In this document: positions 43,301 through 55,900 of the stretch, one piece after another
Layout of the letters: every line of letters begins with the position of its first letter
How positions within the stretch are numbered: position 1 is the stretch's first letter
From: Catajapyx aquilonaris
Taxonomy: Eukaryota
Assembly: GCA_000934665.2 (NCBI GenBank)
Contig: KZ538211.1
Coordinates: 1-64,000, forward strand
Direction of reading: 5' to 3'
Length of the DNA stretch: 64,000 nt
Position numbers and translations under genes: made by a program
Notes under the pieces: generated by a model
The model's database searches: none
What the model was told of the DNA's origin: nothing
What the model saw: only the letters and a program-made list of their open reading frames with translations

Positions 43301-46300
43301 GAGATGAGGCCGGCCTCTGCTGAGCTGCTGGAGGGGTTTTGACTCCGGGGCGAGAATCGGGGGCAGCCCCCGGTGCTCCCTACTCTTTCTCTTATCTGTG
43401 CAGTGTCCCGGCTGTCAAGGCGTGACTGGACCCTGCTCTTGTGAGCCTGATGCGCATCGCACGAACCGCAACTTTTGTGCCGGGGCCCGCCAACAATCCC
43501 CCGTGTGCTGGCCCCCATTGACCCCTCTCCCCTGGGCGGCGGGGCTGCTTTTTCCACAGGAAAACCGGAGGCCAACGCTGCTGCTGCTGCGATATCTGAA
43601 GTCTCATTTTGCCAACCGCATGACGCGTATTAATCTCATCTGCTCCCACACTGTATAATCACGCCCACTGAGAGCAGCTTCTTATGATGCTCGATACAGC
43701 CTCCCATAAACAGCGGGGATGGAATAAGGAGGGGTGCAGGCTATTGTTGCGGACGTAACTGTGCTTCGGGCCCACTATTAAGATTCGGACCCTCTTTTGC
43801 CGGATGCAAAACTGGCTAAATTTCGTGCTCTGACTCGCGGAGCACACCCAGTGGCAGCGGCGACGTGTCGTGCAGGCATGCAGATCAATGTCATACATTC
43901 TGGAAGAATTTCGGTACAAGCTACATACGCGCATAACAATCTGGGTATAAATCGCAAGAATCTGAAAGAATCTTGCACATGCGGAAGAAATAACGTTGGG
44001 GCGGGGGTCTGGATAGTGTGTGGTCAAAGTGTGCCGGCAGAGCTTGCATGTTGGGATCATCGAACCCTGTCTGGTGCCGAACCTTCTTTCCATTAGTTTG
44101 GATCAGATTGAAAGGGCCTTGCGGGCAATCTCAAATCGACACGTGCTTCTGGGAGCGATCAAAGTGGCTGATCATCCGGAGCTAGGAGAATCAAGGAGTC
44201 CAGAGAGCTCTCTATATAATCACTCAGGTCCCACGGAATGCAAGGGCTGCCAAAACTGATTGCCGCCGCTGCATCTCTCCCAAAGGAAAAAAAAACACGC
44301 GCAAATTTGCTTGGCGCAAAGGAAATAGCTGCATCCAATTACATGGACCTTAGTCCTAGGTGGCGCAATTAAGTCCGTGGCAGTCCACTTCCTGCCTTTT
44401 GTTCGGAATTTCCAGGGCTGTCAAGGGCCGCCTCACACAAATATGTCAGGAGCGCTTTTCACGACTTGATGACGCATTCCGCAAAAATCACGCACCCGGC
44501 TAACAAGACGGATCCATGCTGCAAAACCCTGGAATTTTGCACGTACCCGCTTGCTTGCTTGCTTGCTGGGAGCAAAGCTGCCAAAGCAAAGATGACGCGT
44601 CCAATATCGACCACGGAGCCACTATTTTCCTCCAAGACGTGCCCAGATCTGATTGCATCCGGCGCCTCTCCCCTTATACCGATGATGGCATGTAGGCTTC
44701 CAAATCCCGTGAACAAACTCATCCGGCTCTGGTGATAGTGATAGATTTCATCACCCGTATATTTTTCCTCCCCTCAGACTTATAACTACTTGAGGGGGTC
44801 TCCCTTCATCGAGAGGGAAATAAAATCGCCAATTGGATCGGAAAAGTCTCTCCGCTTTTCCCCCACACATTCTCCCCGCTATCTTTCTCCCTCCTCTCGC
44901 CGCTTCCAATCCAATTTCAATATCAGCTCTGTCCATTATTGATTCCAGCCACCAATAAGCTCCTCCGCACAAAAACCAGCCCTCTTTCAGGCCACTCCAA
45001 AGTATCCCAAACAAAAGAGACAAAACTCCAGTTCGGATAAGTTTTCAAGATTTTTTTTTTTCTCTCTCTCTCTCTAGCTCTCTGGTGTGCCGCTCCTCTT
45101 CACCCGGGGTTCCCTTCCAATTAGTGAATGAAATGATGCCGAGTAATGTGACGCACTTTGAAGCTCCAAGACCGACTGGGCCTCACACACACACACATCG
45201 AGCGAACGAGAGAGATAAAAAATGATATTGGCAGTGAGCGTTGGGGTAGGTTTGTCAAAGAGAAGGAAGAGGAGGGTTTTGGCAGGGCTTTTGTGACGTC
45301 CTTTGAGCGCACAGGAGACAACCCCTCCTTCCGTTTGACACTGGAGAAGCCTCCTTTGTGCTGGGAGGGACCTTCTCTCACGGCGCCCCCTCCACCCTTA
45401 TACATCACATTATTGTTGCCCACTTCTCCCTCAATATTTGAGCAAACAAAAGACAATTTTCGCTAACGACCAGTTTGGAACTAAGGAGGTTTCGAGAGGA
45501 GGAGGAGGAGGAGTTGCGCGCAAGTTTGGAGTATAGGCTGCTGCTGCTTCAAAGGCGATTCTCTCTCCTGACCAAGCCGAAAGATGAAGTCCGAAATGAT
45601 GAGAGGTGGTCCGGTGAGGGGTCCACGTCCGAGCGATTGGATTCCAGCGGCATCATCATAGTAGAGCGATGAGGGGCAACCGTGCACGTCCTGGCTGGGC
45701 ATGCACGTGCGGCCCATTTTGTGGGGGCTCCGGAGAAGCCTCGGCCCCTTCTTGTGTCGCCACAAACGCCCGTCTTGACATGCCCATCTTTTACCGCAAG
45801 ACGAATGGCGACACGGACCCAATCACGCCCCTGCTGGTGTGCCCTACCCTTACGGCCCGCCCTGGGGTCAGCCATGACCCTGCTCCTGCCCCTTCTCACC
45901 CACCAGGTCTTGCCTACGCAACGAGGAACTCATTCGACTCGATGCGACTGCAGGAATTTACTGCAAAAAAAAGAGTATTCGGGCGTGCAAGGTGATCCCC
46001 AGCTAACCAGACCGGCAAACTTTTAGGACGTATTTCATGTGGGCACCAAGGATCATTTCATTCGTACAAGTGAGACCGCCGCGCCGACGCGACGCGACGC
46101 TCGTTACTATACTCGTCACCTGAAAAGTGAAGGATGAGTGGATTGAGTCTAAGGCAGCATATAGTGTCATGGCTTCTGCCTGCTAGTATAATCGCAGTTT
46201 AAATGAAAACTGTTAGGTAAGTTGTAAATACTGTATCAAAAAGGATGAGCGCACGGAGGGTTGGTTGCATACCGGCCAGGATATTTTCATGTCTGCGTTT

Positions 46301-49300
46301 GAAGCCAATTTTCCCTTTTGCACTTATTGATTACTCGTTTATTAACATAGGGATTTGTTGTCACCACCCATAGTTCGATTGATTAAACCAGGCTTTATTA
46401 GTCTATGATTTTAGTAAAACGGTATTTGCACATGTTGTTGCCAATACAGGTGACCATTTTTGAAATGGATCGAAAAGCAGATCATGCAGCCAGAGTTTTG
46501 CCTGGAAAGAGTAGAACCAAGTTCTATCAGGGCTGCTGGGGTAAGCGTTGTAACATCTAGCCATGCAACAATATTATTGCTCTTATGCTTTTTTCCACAT
46601 ATTTGTTGCACTTGGCCTGCTCGGCCATATTAGTTGGAAAATTCTCCCACTAACAATTCACCTGACAGCGCCACTTGGTGACTCCCCATACACCAAATGA
46701 CAATACCTAGTACGAAGTATAGCGGCAGGTCAGATCTGTCCGAAACTTCTTTTGAAGACCTGGTGTACCACTGTGGAGATTGGAGTGCTCAATGGCTCGC
46801 ATGAAAACGTCAGAGGGAATCAAATTCATCGTGTGCGCTCGTGCAAACTCTTGTCGCTCCTTTGGCCAATTATGGCACGAGGCTGATTGCCGGAAACGAT
46901 TGAAAAGCAAACAAAAGACGTGGCGGGAACGCCGGGACAAAAGGGGAGGTCGGGGTCTTGGCGAATTCTCTCAGGAGGCTTCGGCGGTACAAACTTTCCT
47001 TCTGCAAAATAATTAATCGGCAAAGGGAGATAATCAAGGTGGAGGCTTTTGTGCTACCCTCGGGGCAGCCGACAAGCCTTAGGCCTCCTCGTAAAAGTCG
47101 GCCGGAGCCCAAGTGAAGAGGTTCCACACTTAATGGACTCCCAACAAGCAAGCTCTGATTACCTTGGCTGCAGAGAACCGCCAACAAGTAGCAGTCCATC
47201 TGGAGGAAAAAAGAGACTAGCCGCGTGAGTCCAGTGCAAGCCTCTTATCCGGGCCACTCCTAATGGGATTGGGCAGCAGGGATCCGGAAAGCAAATCCGG
47301 GGGACTCCTAAGTGGCCGGCCAAGGGACTTATTTCCGCCTTGGAGATACAATTAAAAAGTTTTTTTTTTCTCGGCCCGTGAAAAAAGGGCGCCTCTTCAA
47401 CAGGCGCAGGCAGGCTCCCGGAGCCAACTCCTTCGCGGCTTTTCACAACTTTTCACCATCGACGCCACTCCGGCCTGACAGAAAAGAAGACCAACTAGTA
47501 CTCCGGGACCCTATTGTACGGCTCCAAAAAGCCAGGGAGGTGACGGCCTCTACACAACCGGAACGCCTTTGTCCCTCAAAACTCCCCAGGACCAAAAAAC
47601 GAAACGGGAGGACGGGAAAAAATGGCCCGAATTCCGGCGGGAAAATATCAGCCAAATTGCGTCCTTGGGAGCCTGATCAAACGGGGAAGTGGAGCAGGAA
47701 GAACCAAGAACACACCCAAAAACCGCAGCCATTCCCAAACCTATTCCAAGGAGACCCTTCTCCTCCATCTAGTCGGACACGCTCAACTTCTTTTCGCCGT
47801 TTGTTTCGCCCAACTAGGTTCATTTCACGGACACTCATTCAATCCAGATAATTCCTGTCATTAATGCGTCTTCATCTCTCCCCCCTTTTACGTCTCTCTT
47901 ATGTGGGCCCTTTGTGTGGAGGGATATATGATGCGCGTTTCGCTCGGATGGCTATCGCCTACCAGACTGACTCCAACCTGCAATTTCGCTCATTGCTATG
48001 TAAACAACGCCAATGAGCGTAAATCATGTCTGGGAGTCTACAGCAATGTATAGCAATCAAAACGCGGCCTGTTCTCGCGATGACCTATAATATTGTGCTA
48101 CAGGGTGGTGCTCTGCCAAAATTTCACAGTCCAATTGGCATTGTTCATTGCAGCCATCAGTTCAAAGAGAAGAAATCCGTTGGTGGAAACAACGCAACAA
48201 CGGTCCGCATTCGTGTGGGGGGATGGTTTAACCAGGGTTTAACCAGGTTGCGGTCACATGACTAAGTCGTAATTTCTCCATCCTGTCCAGATAGGCAACA
48301 TGCGCTCTTCTCCTGCCTTGCAGGAAGCATATCGCACAGGCGCGGATTGGGCAGAACCTTAACCTGTATAGCAAACCTACGTGTAATCGTCAATTGATTT
48401 CCTTACTGTGAAGGACAGTGTAGAGTTACGCAATATCACTTTATCGCCACCTGCGAGGGAGGTCGTCACCTCAGCAGGTGCAGCATTCAGCGGAAAGAAG
48501 CCTCATTTGGAACAAGTAATTTCCAGCCGAATTTCAATTCGAGCTCAACTGCTGGAACTTTGTCAACACAATAATTGGCGGTTTTCATTTCAATGACGGT
48601 ACCACTGAACATATATAGTGAGGCGAAACCCCAGACGGAATAAATCCAACTGGGAATAATGGCGAAACCGCGGTGTTGCAGTTGTGACATAGCCATTCAA
48701 TTCTGATATTTCATCAGCACCCACGACGTGATGCGCTGCTCTTGCCACAGAAGTAGGCTCTGAGGATGATGAATGGTACACAAACCGACATGCTCAAGTA
48801 TCGCTTACGCGGGTCAACACACAATGAGAGCGAGGCATAAGCGGCCCATGGTAATGATAAATGGTGGGTCGGAGGCTCCCAAGTCCAACTGCTTGAGTTT
48901 CGTGTCTTGGCCAGCGCTTGAGCCAACACCCAAGGAGACCTCCCGGATTGAATTGGCCTCCGGGCCCGACTCAATTTCACTCATCTCGTCAGATGAAGGA
49001 GGTCTTCACAAGGCAGATGAAAGGAAAAGCTGCCTCTGTCTCGGAGCCCTCAAAAGCAAGCCAGCCAGCCAAGCCATCCCACCCCCAGCTACACTACACC
49101 AGCGCTCGCTTGCCCCAAAACAGTGGTCGTGACGCGCACGTCAGAAGACGGAATGATTAGTGATGCAGCCTCTCTTTCTCCGGCTCCCCTTCCCGTCACG
49201 GTATGTACACAGTGTTTCATGATGATGCAGGCCAAACCTCGGGTCAACACCTGGCCGTGTCAATGTGTCATTCGGTCGTCGCAACATATAGTCATCGAGA

Positions 49301-49686
49301 TAACTGGTGGTACTGTAGTAATCAAATATATGATTGTGGTGTCTCAATTGTCACGGATACAGCCTATTATGCTTCAATCGCCTACTATTCTCCTCATATC
49401 GCAGTTTAAATTACGTAATCACACGGCATCTACATTAGATATGGAAATGTCAGGTTCGCGTGGAGGGGCGCATATCTGCCAGGATATCGTGCGCCTTGTG
49501 TTTGCAGCACCTTATCTCCATAACAAGGCTACGAAGACTGGCGTCGATGGGTTCATCCCGTATACGTCGGCCTGATTCATTATGAAACACCCTGTACACA
49601 CAGTCGTCACGGACATGGACTGGCTTCGAGGGTCTGAGGAAACATGGCCCTCCTTGCGTGTATACAGTACACACTGACGCACTCAC

Positions 49687-49785
49687 CGAGCTGACTCCAG
49701 CTGCGTGACGCAACCACAACAGAAGAAGGCTTACCTGCAAGTAGAGAGAGAAAAAAGAGTGAGTGAGTGAGGTGGGTTGTTAGAA
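49687..49785 (-). other. Candidate recursive splice site (AG|GT at 49735/49734) with a 48-nt cryptic exon (49734-49687)
   Basis: - strand reads ttCTAAC...ctcactcactcactcttttttctctctctacttgCAG|GTAAGcc...gctcg|GTGAGT. There is no AG between the branch-point motif and the acceptor. Confidence 0.65.
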
Positions 49786-52071
49786 CTCGCGAGTAATTAA
49801 TTTGCCAGTAAAGTACGGCACTTAATGTTTGGCAGCATGCTGACAATGTCAAGGCGGACACATTAGCAGGCGATTAAGCGGCGGCGAGCGGTCAGGGACT
49901 CCGGCGCAATTAGCCCCTTGTCGCCACCTGCGGCCAGGAAGCGGGGTCCGAACCAGCGTACCGGTACGTCCGAGGCCAGATGGGGGGGCCCCGGCGATCA
50001 TAACCCCTCGATAAATCTCCGGTGAATACTCCGGTGTGTGTATGGCAGGGGAGGGGGAACGGGGATGGTGTGGGGCTTTGTGAGCCAAGTGTTAAAACGC
50101 CGGCCCTCGCCCATCAACCTGCCATGGACCCTTTTGTTTCGCTAACGACACAACAACCACTCTGAACCGGCCGCCATTCTACCCCCCTCCCTTCTCTCCC
50201 CCTCTAAAAAAGACTTATGCATCTCCTGGCCTTAATTTGCACTTCAAGGTGAGCCTCCGACTTGGCCACTTGTCCGAGCCTCCTGCAGCGTTACTGTGCA
50301 TAAAAATGCACGCGGACACTACAATCTTGTCCGCCAGTCAATATGCCTAGTCATAACTTTGCGTACAAGCTACACCAATCCTCCGCGTAGATAACTCACA
50401 ATGTTTATTCAAGAGGGCCACCTACGTGTGTGTTATCTGCTCGTCTAGATTGGCCGCGTAATAACTTTCGAACTCAGCCTTTCCATTACCCCTACACTAC
50501 TGCACCGCCAACTGCAAACAAAAGAACGCAACTGGAAGCAAACCCAATAATTGCTCGCGTACTATAACAAAGCAAGTGATGTATGCCCTCGCTCCTCTAA
50601 AAAGGCTCAGGGCCTACGAGGGTTGCTTTTAACGAGTTGCAGCAGATAACACGTGCTCGAATAAGTGGCGATTTCATTTCAGACTGATAGCAGTCTACAT
50701 GACTTATTGCTTCCAGGACAAAAGTCATAATATGTTCAATGTACTGCGTGCTGTATCTAGAGAAAGGCACACAGATCACTTCTTAATTAGCTTCAACCTC
50801 GGGAGATATTCCATCATTTTTATTCAGTTGCCAGCAAACATAACCATTCACACTGAGTAAATCAACTGAGGCAGCATTTTAGAGATTCGAGGATTTCTGG
50901 AAGATTTGTGTATGGGCTGAAATCGGGATTTATGCAAGAGTACACGTTGGATTTACATGAAGTTGTTGCTTCCTCCTGAACAGTATTTTCCGAACCGCTT
51001 CATTTTTTTCATATTCGCCGATAAGATGGTGCACTATTGTGTTTACGTTTACCAAAATGCAAGTTACTCCATCTACTTTTTGCTTATAACATTTGGACTG
51101 ACAATCGCCTCCCGCGACCCCGACTTTGTGAACTTCTCGTCCTAAACTCGCACACTCATACCTCCTTGGAAATCTTGCTATGCAGCACACATCAGTGCGA
51201 ACGGGCCACAAAAAGTGAGTTGCGCAACAGCAACAAAGTCGGGCAATAATGGGTTAACAAACGTTCCCACCCCCATCCCGCGCCAGTTGGCCTGACACCG
51301 CCAAAAGACCGACATGCATCAAAAACAAACTCGGCAAAGTTGCCAGCGAGACCTGTTGCAGGAGTGAGAAAAATCATAAATAATCGCCGGAAAACATTTA
51401 ACATCCAGGAAAGGCCGGGGAGCTGCTGGAAAGAAGCTAATTGAGCATCGTGAGGACGACCACTTATTTCCAACCACCCTTCCGTCCACCACCCCCATCC
51501 AAATCACAAAAAGAAGAAGAAGGGAACCAGCACAGCTAAAAGGCCCTGATTAATGTCTAGTGATTTTGTCCAATTAAGTTGGAACCACGACCAAGACTGC
51601 GCTTCTGCACACCGCGTCTTTGTTGCCTCGTCTGACTAGACGCGCCGGAAGACAGACAGCTCAGATACACACAGGCACACACACACACTAAAAAATCCAG
51701 AGATAAAGTCAACTCTCACCCCCCGAGGGATTCAAGAAATTTTCGGGTAGTCGAAGGTTCCTTGGACCGTAAAAAAATAAATAAAGAATCTCTTGGAACT
51801 CGAATGAAGTCTGCATGATTTACTCGCGTTAACGTCAAGTGGGTTATTGTTATGGTTATTAGAGCATGCTTGGCAAGCCGTGGCTCGGGGTGACCTCAGG
51901 ATGCCAGGATGCCACGTCTTTTCAAGGTGCCGGGGTTGCCATTCAATTTGCAACCGAATCAAAAACCTGCTTTCCACCATCATGGTGGTGGGGAAGGAAG
52001 GCCCCTCCAACACAACACAAAAAATTTAAAGTCCGATTTGTAGCACATTTCCCGTCCGGCATTGCGGATAT

Positions 52072-52073
<2 letters not shown>

Positions 52074-52102
<29 letters not shown>
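52074..52102. repeat. (AC)14 microsatellite
   Basis: Directly visible. Confidence 0.95.
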
Positions 52103-52104
<2 letters not shown>

Positions 52105-52979
52105 CCTCCTTAATCAATCCCCCCCTCCAGGAGTAGTATCAGGGCTCGTTAAAACAGACCTCAATCTGAGATGGTGGGCCATAAAACATTAATTTGTATC
52201 AGTCAGGCGAGATTATCATCCAGCGCGGGACACAGCCATGTAAAACAATCGAAGCTGCTTATTTATTTTTCAGGATAGGTATCAGGAATGTCCAGTCCAG
52301 GATGTAATTGGGCCGCGGGGAGATATCTTCACTCGGTCATCTCTCCTCCCCCGTCCAGATTGGACAATATCCCCCCCGAGATCCAAGGACATGTTTTACG
52401 GCCAAAAAGGAGCTCCGAGTTAATTACGCTGACTTTGATGAAGGGACGCTCTTTTTCCAGCCCGGCGCTGACCAGTCCCTGCTGCCCCATCCCCCACAAA
52501 TATATATTTTTTTTGTTGAGAGAGCGGAGGTGATAGGAGTCAAAAAGCCAGGGCTTCGCGTGACTCCATTTATGAAAGTCCACTTCCTGGACGAGATAGA
52601 TTCGTCATTTGGTGGGATAATGAGAACTCGTGTGTCTGCTGCGTAACCCCCCCTCAAGACTGAGCAGGGGCTGAGGCTCCGACCGGGATGGAATGCAGGG
52701 ACAAACGAGGTGCGAAGAAATCCAGGGATGTCCGCGGGGTACACGTGTCCACGCCCTGGCCCAATCGATTTATTTTCACGCCCTTATCGCCGACAACTTC
52801 TCCAGTCAACAACAACAAAAAAACATACTGCCCGTTTTTTTGATCGCTAATGAGATGTTTATACAGCCGATTGTTTCAACTTTTCAATTCGCGGCTAACG
52901 ACGCTCACGAATGAAGAAGTGCTTGCTATACATACGTGTGATAAACACGGGGTTGATAAGCAATAAATCCTGGCCCCGC

Positions 52980-52993
52980 GTTGCCCCAGCAAC
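52980..52993. promoter_or_regulatory. RFX X-box GTTGCCCCAGCAAC
   Basis: Matches GTNRCC-N2-RGYAAC; lies ~9.4 kb upstream of the Toll ATG. Confidence 0.35.
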
Positions 52994-55900
52994 GCCTTTA
53001 TCCCCGGACACTCCTAACACTTCCTGGACGCGAGGCTCTAACGAGCATAAATCTTGGGGTCAACCAGAGCCAGCCATTAGGAAAACCTCGGCAAGTTTCC
53101 AAATCCTACCCCAACGCCTCCTGGTAGAAAATGCAGCCTGGCCTGTACCCCGTTCCCACTCTCTGTCTCCTAAGCCAACAAATAATCTTTTTCAATAAAA
53201 AAAAAACAGAAACCATCCGCGTTGCCTGCTTGAACGCATGCAATGTAGGTAAGTTGGCAGAGTTGAGCAAATAACGTGTCGTACCCGAGCATTCAAGTCG
53301 CCGGCATGTGGTACTGCCCTACTATAAAACGGCTTAAGAAAAACTGGCCTCGAAAAAAATATCATTGACTGATCCACATTCAGCAATAAATTGCTGGCCT
53401 TAAACCGATCAAACCTGTTCTCGAACATTCACTTCGCACACTAAGGAGATATCTGTACAATTAAGTTACTCCCAAGCATTGGAAAATAAAGGTTATGACG
53501 AGATTGAAAAGGAAGGTGGATAAGAAAGAAAGAAGTAGACAGGAGGGAGGGGGCTGTTGGAAAACAAACTGACCCAATACCACAAACTAGCCCATTACGT
53601 CTCCAAAAGCGAGAAAAACAAACCACTCGTTGGGGTGCAGTAAATCAGGGGTCCGGTTTTTCGGCGGGGGTATACAAAAACAGTAGAAAAAGAACGAAAA
53701 AGAGGTATCATTTTTTTCATCCCCCCCCCCCCCTCGCCAGCTCCTCTCATGCACCTTAGGGCCAGATGGGTGTTTTTCGGTTTTTCCAGCACAGAAGCTC
53801 CTGCCCTTGACACTGGCCTAAAGGAGTCCAAGCCCCTCTCAGGTGAGTGGGTGTCATGGAGACCTTCGCATCGTTCCATGGCTGCCTGGCACACTTGGAA
53901 ATAACCCAGCAGGGCTAAGATGCACAAAATTCACCTGGCATACACTGCCAATGACAAGTACGCAGGTAGTACTGTATTAAAGTACGGTGGATGTACATGG
54001 TCGGGGTGCATATTGTGGGGGAAGGGAGGGGGGACCCGACAACGAAGCGGCAACCATGGTTCTCCCTCCCCTTCCCACACCTGTCCGTCAAACTTCTCTT
54101 CCATATTACTTGATTTCCATCGCCCTTCTGATTCCAGGGAATTTGATTCGCTCCACTGACCTGCCATAATTTCCCTTTCCTCCTCAAGGGGGTGGAGGTG
54201 GGCAGCGCAACTGTTTCTAACAGAAAATTATTATTCTGTTGAACACGGTGCATGCACGCCTCGGCTGTCGAATAAAGAATAAAGAAAGAAAGAAAGAAAA
54301 AAAAATGCTTTTCCTCAATATGTTTTCTTCCCAAGAGTGTCCATCCAGCCAGAGAACAAAGCTCGGAACAAAGGTGGGAGATGGATATTTCTCGGACTCG
54401 TTGGAGCAGATAGAGCAGAGTTGTGGGCAGGTAAAAAGGTGGAGGTGATGGCGGTGGTGGTGAGGAGGTGGAGGAGGAGGCCACGACCGGTCTGCCCCCC
54501 GGCGGCAGGGCAACTAAGCACAATGCTGGGCCGAGGAAGGATTGCCCCGGGCGACAGGCAAGGGATACCTGCTGCAAGGGCGAAGGAAGCCACCCTTTGG
54601 GATTTGCTACCTATTCCTCAGCCCCCATTCAGAGAATAATTTGCCCATTTCCTAATGAAGCAAACCTCTCTCCGTGAAAAAAGGGTAATTCAATCACGTC
54701 TGTGCACTTGGCTCATTCCGCGCTTAACCGTGCAACTGGCACCGTTTAATTGCGGCCAATTATGACCTTAACGAGCTTTGTAAATGTCAGCGTCACATAC
54801 GCAAACAAAGGTTGTGCGTCACGCACCGGGAGATTCACGTGTCGGGGTCCAAACCACTGCCAACAGCCCAGAGATGCGTTACAGAATTTGCAGCAGTAAC
54901 ATTAAAAAAACTCAAACCTCAGAAAGCAAGGATTGGACAACAAAATCGGAAATGACCCCGGATCAGCTGGGGTCAGCTGATCTGATACCCCTCCAACCGC
55001 CTCCAACATTAAGGCACAGGTAAGCGTCCATAAGAACTAAAAGGTGGAGGACGGTCACACAAACACAGAGGGGCCGAGGCTCTAATGTGATAATGCATCA
55101 ATGCAAATGCAGGGTCATGACCCTGCCTTTTTTCCCCTCCCTCCCTCCCTCCTTCCCTCCCTGGTTATACGTAAAAATCCCCCCTGGCAAGCAGGCAAGC
55201 AAGCCAGGCACCAAATGCGATCCTTGCCCCTTCGCCCGTTCCAGTCGGTTGATGTTGGCAACCGTGTGGAGGAGGCGGGTTTGCCCTTGCTTGTTAGAGG
55301 AACCTGTGCAAGGGGCAGAGTTAGTCCGCGGCTCGCAACAACACAGGCTGGGTCGCGGCCACTGCTGCCAACAACAGCAACAATAACAACAACAACAAAG
55401 GCGAGGTGCAGACAGTGTGGCCGAGCTCTGGATATATTTTGCATGCGTGAGGAGGCTGCAACATGTGAGGGGGTGCAGGAGGCCGCCCCGGAAAGACATG
55501 GTGATGGTGGGCCCTCCGGATATTAGCGGCCATCGGAAAGGTGAAGGCCTCCAAAAAGGGAATAACGTGTGTTGGGAAGAAATAAAAGTGGCGTGGTGCA
55601 CTCGCGAGTGTGGGAAAAGGTGTGGCCGGCCATCAGTGCAGTGAAAGGCCGGGCCTTGCCAAGCAAGTGCGCTTTTTTTCGAAACAGTGCGGAGTTCCTT
55701 CCAGACCTTCACCCAAGGATTAGCTGGATTCAGAATATTATTACAGGTGAATTTAAGCATGGGGTTTAAGGCCATGGGCCTGGTTTGCAACACACATTCC
55801 ACCGGTTGCATTAGCACAAATTAAGCCAAATTTCCAGTTACGGATTCGCAATACGTAATCGGAGATGCGATACTAATTTGAGTTGACGCAACTGTGAAAT

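Noticed and set aside
46058..46222. TCATTC Inr-like motif with a downstream GTAAGT donor as the Toll first exon
   Set aside because: The DPE-like GACG is not at the canonical spacing and there is no TATA. It cannot be preferred over other candidate donors without transcript data.
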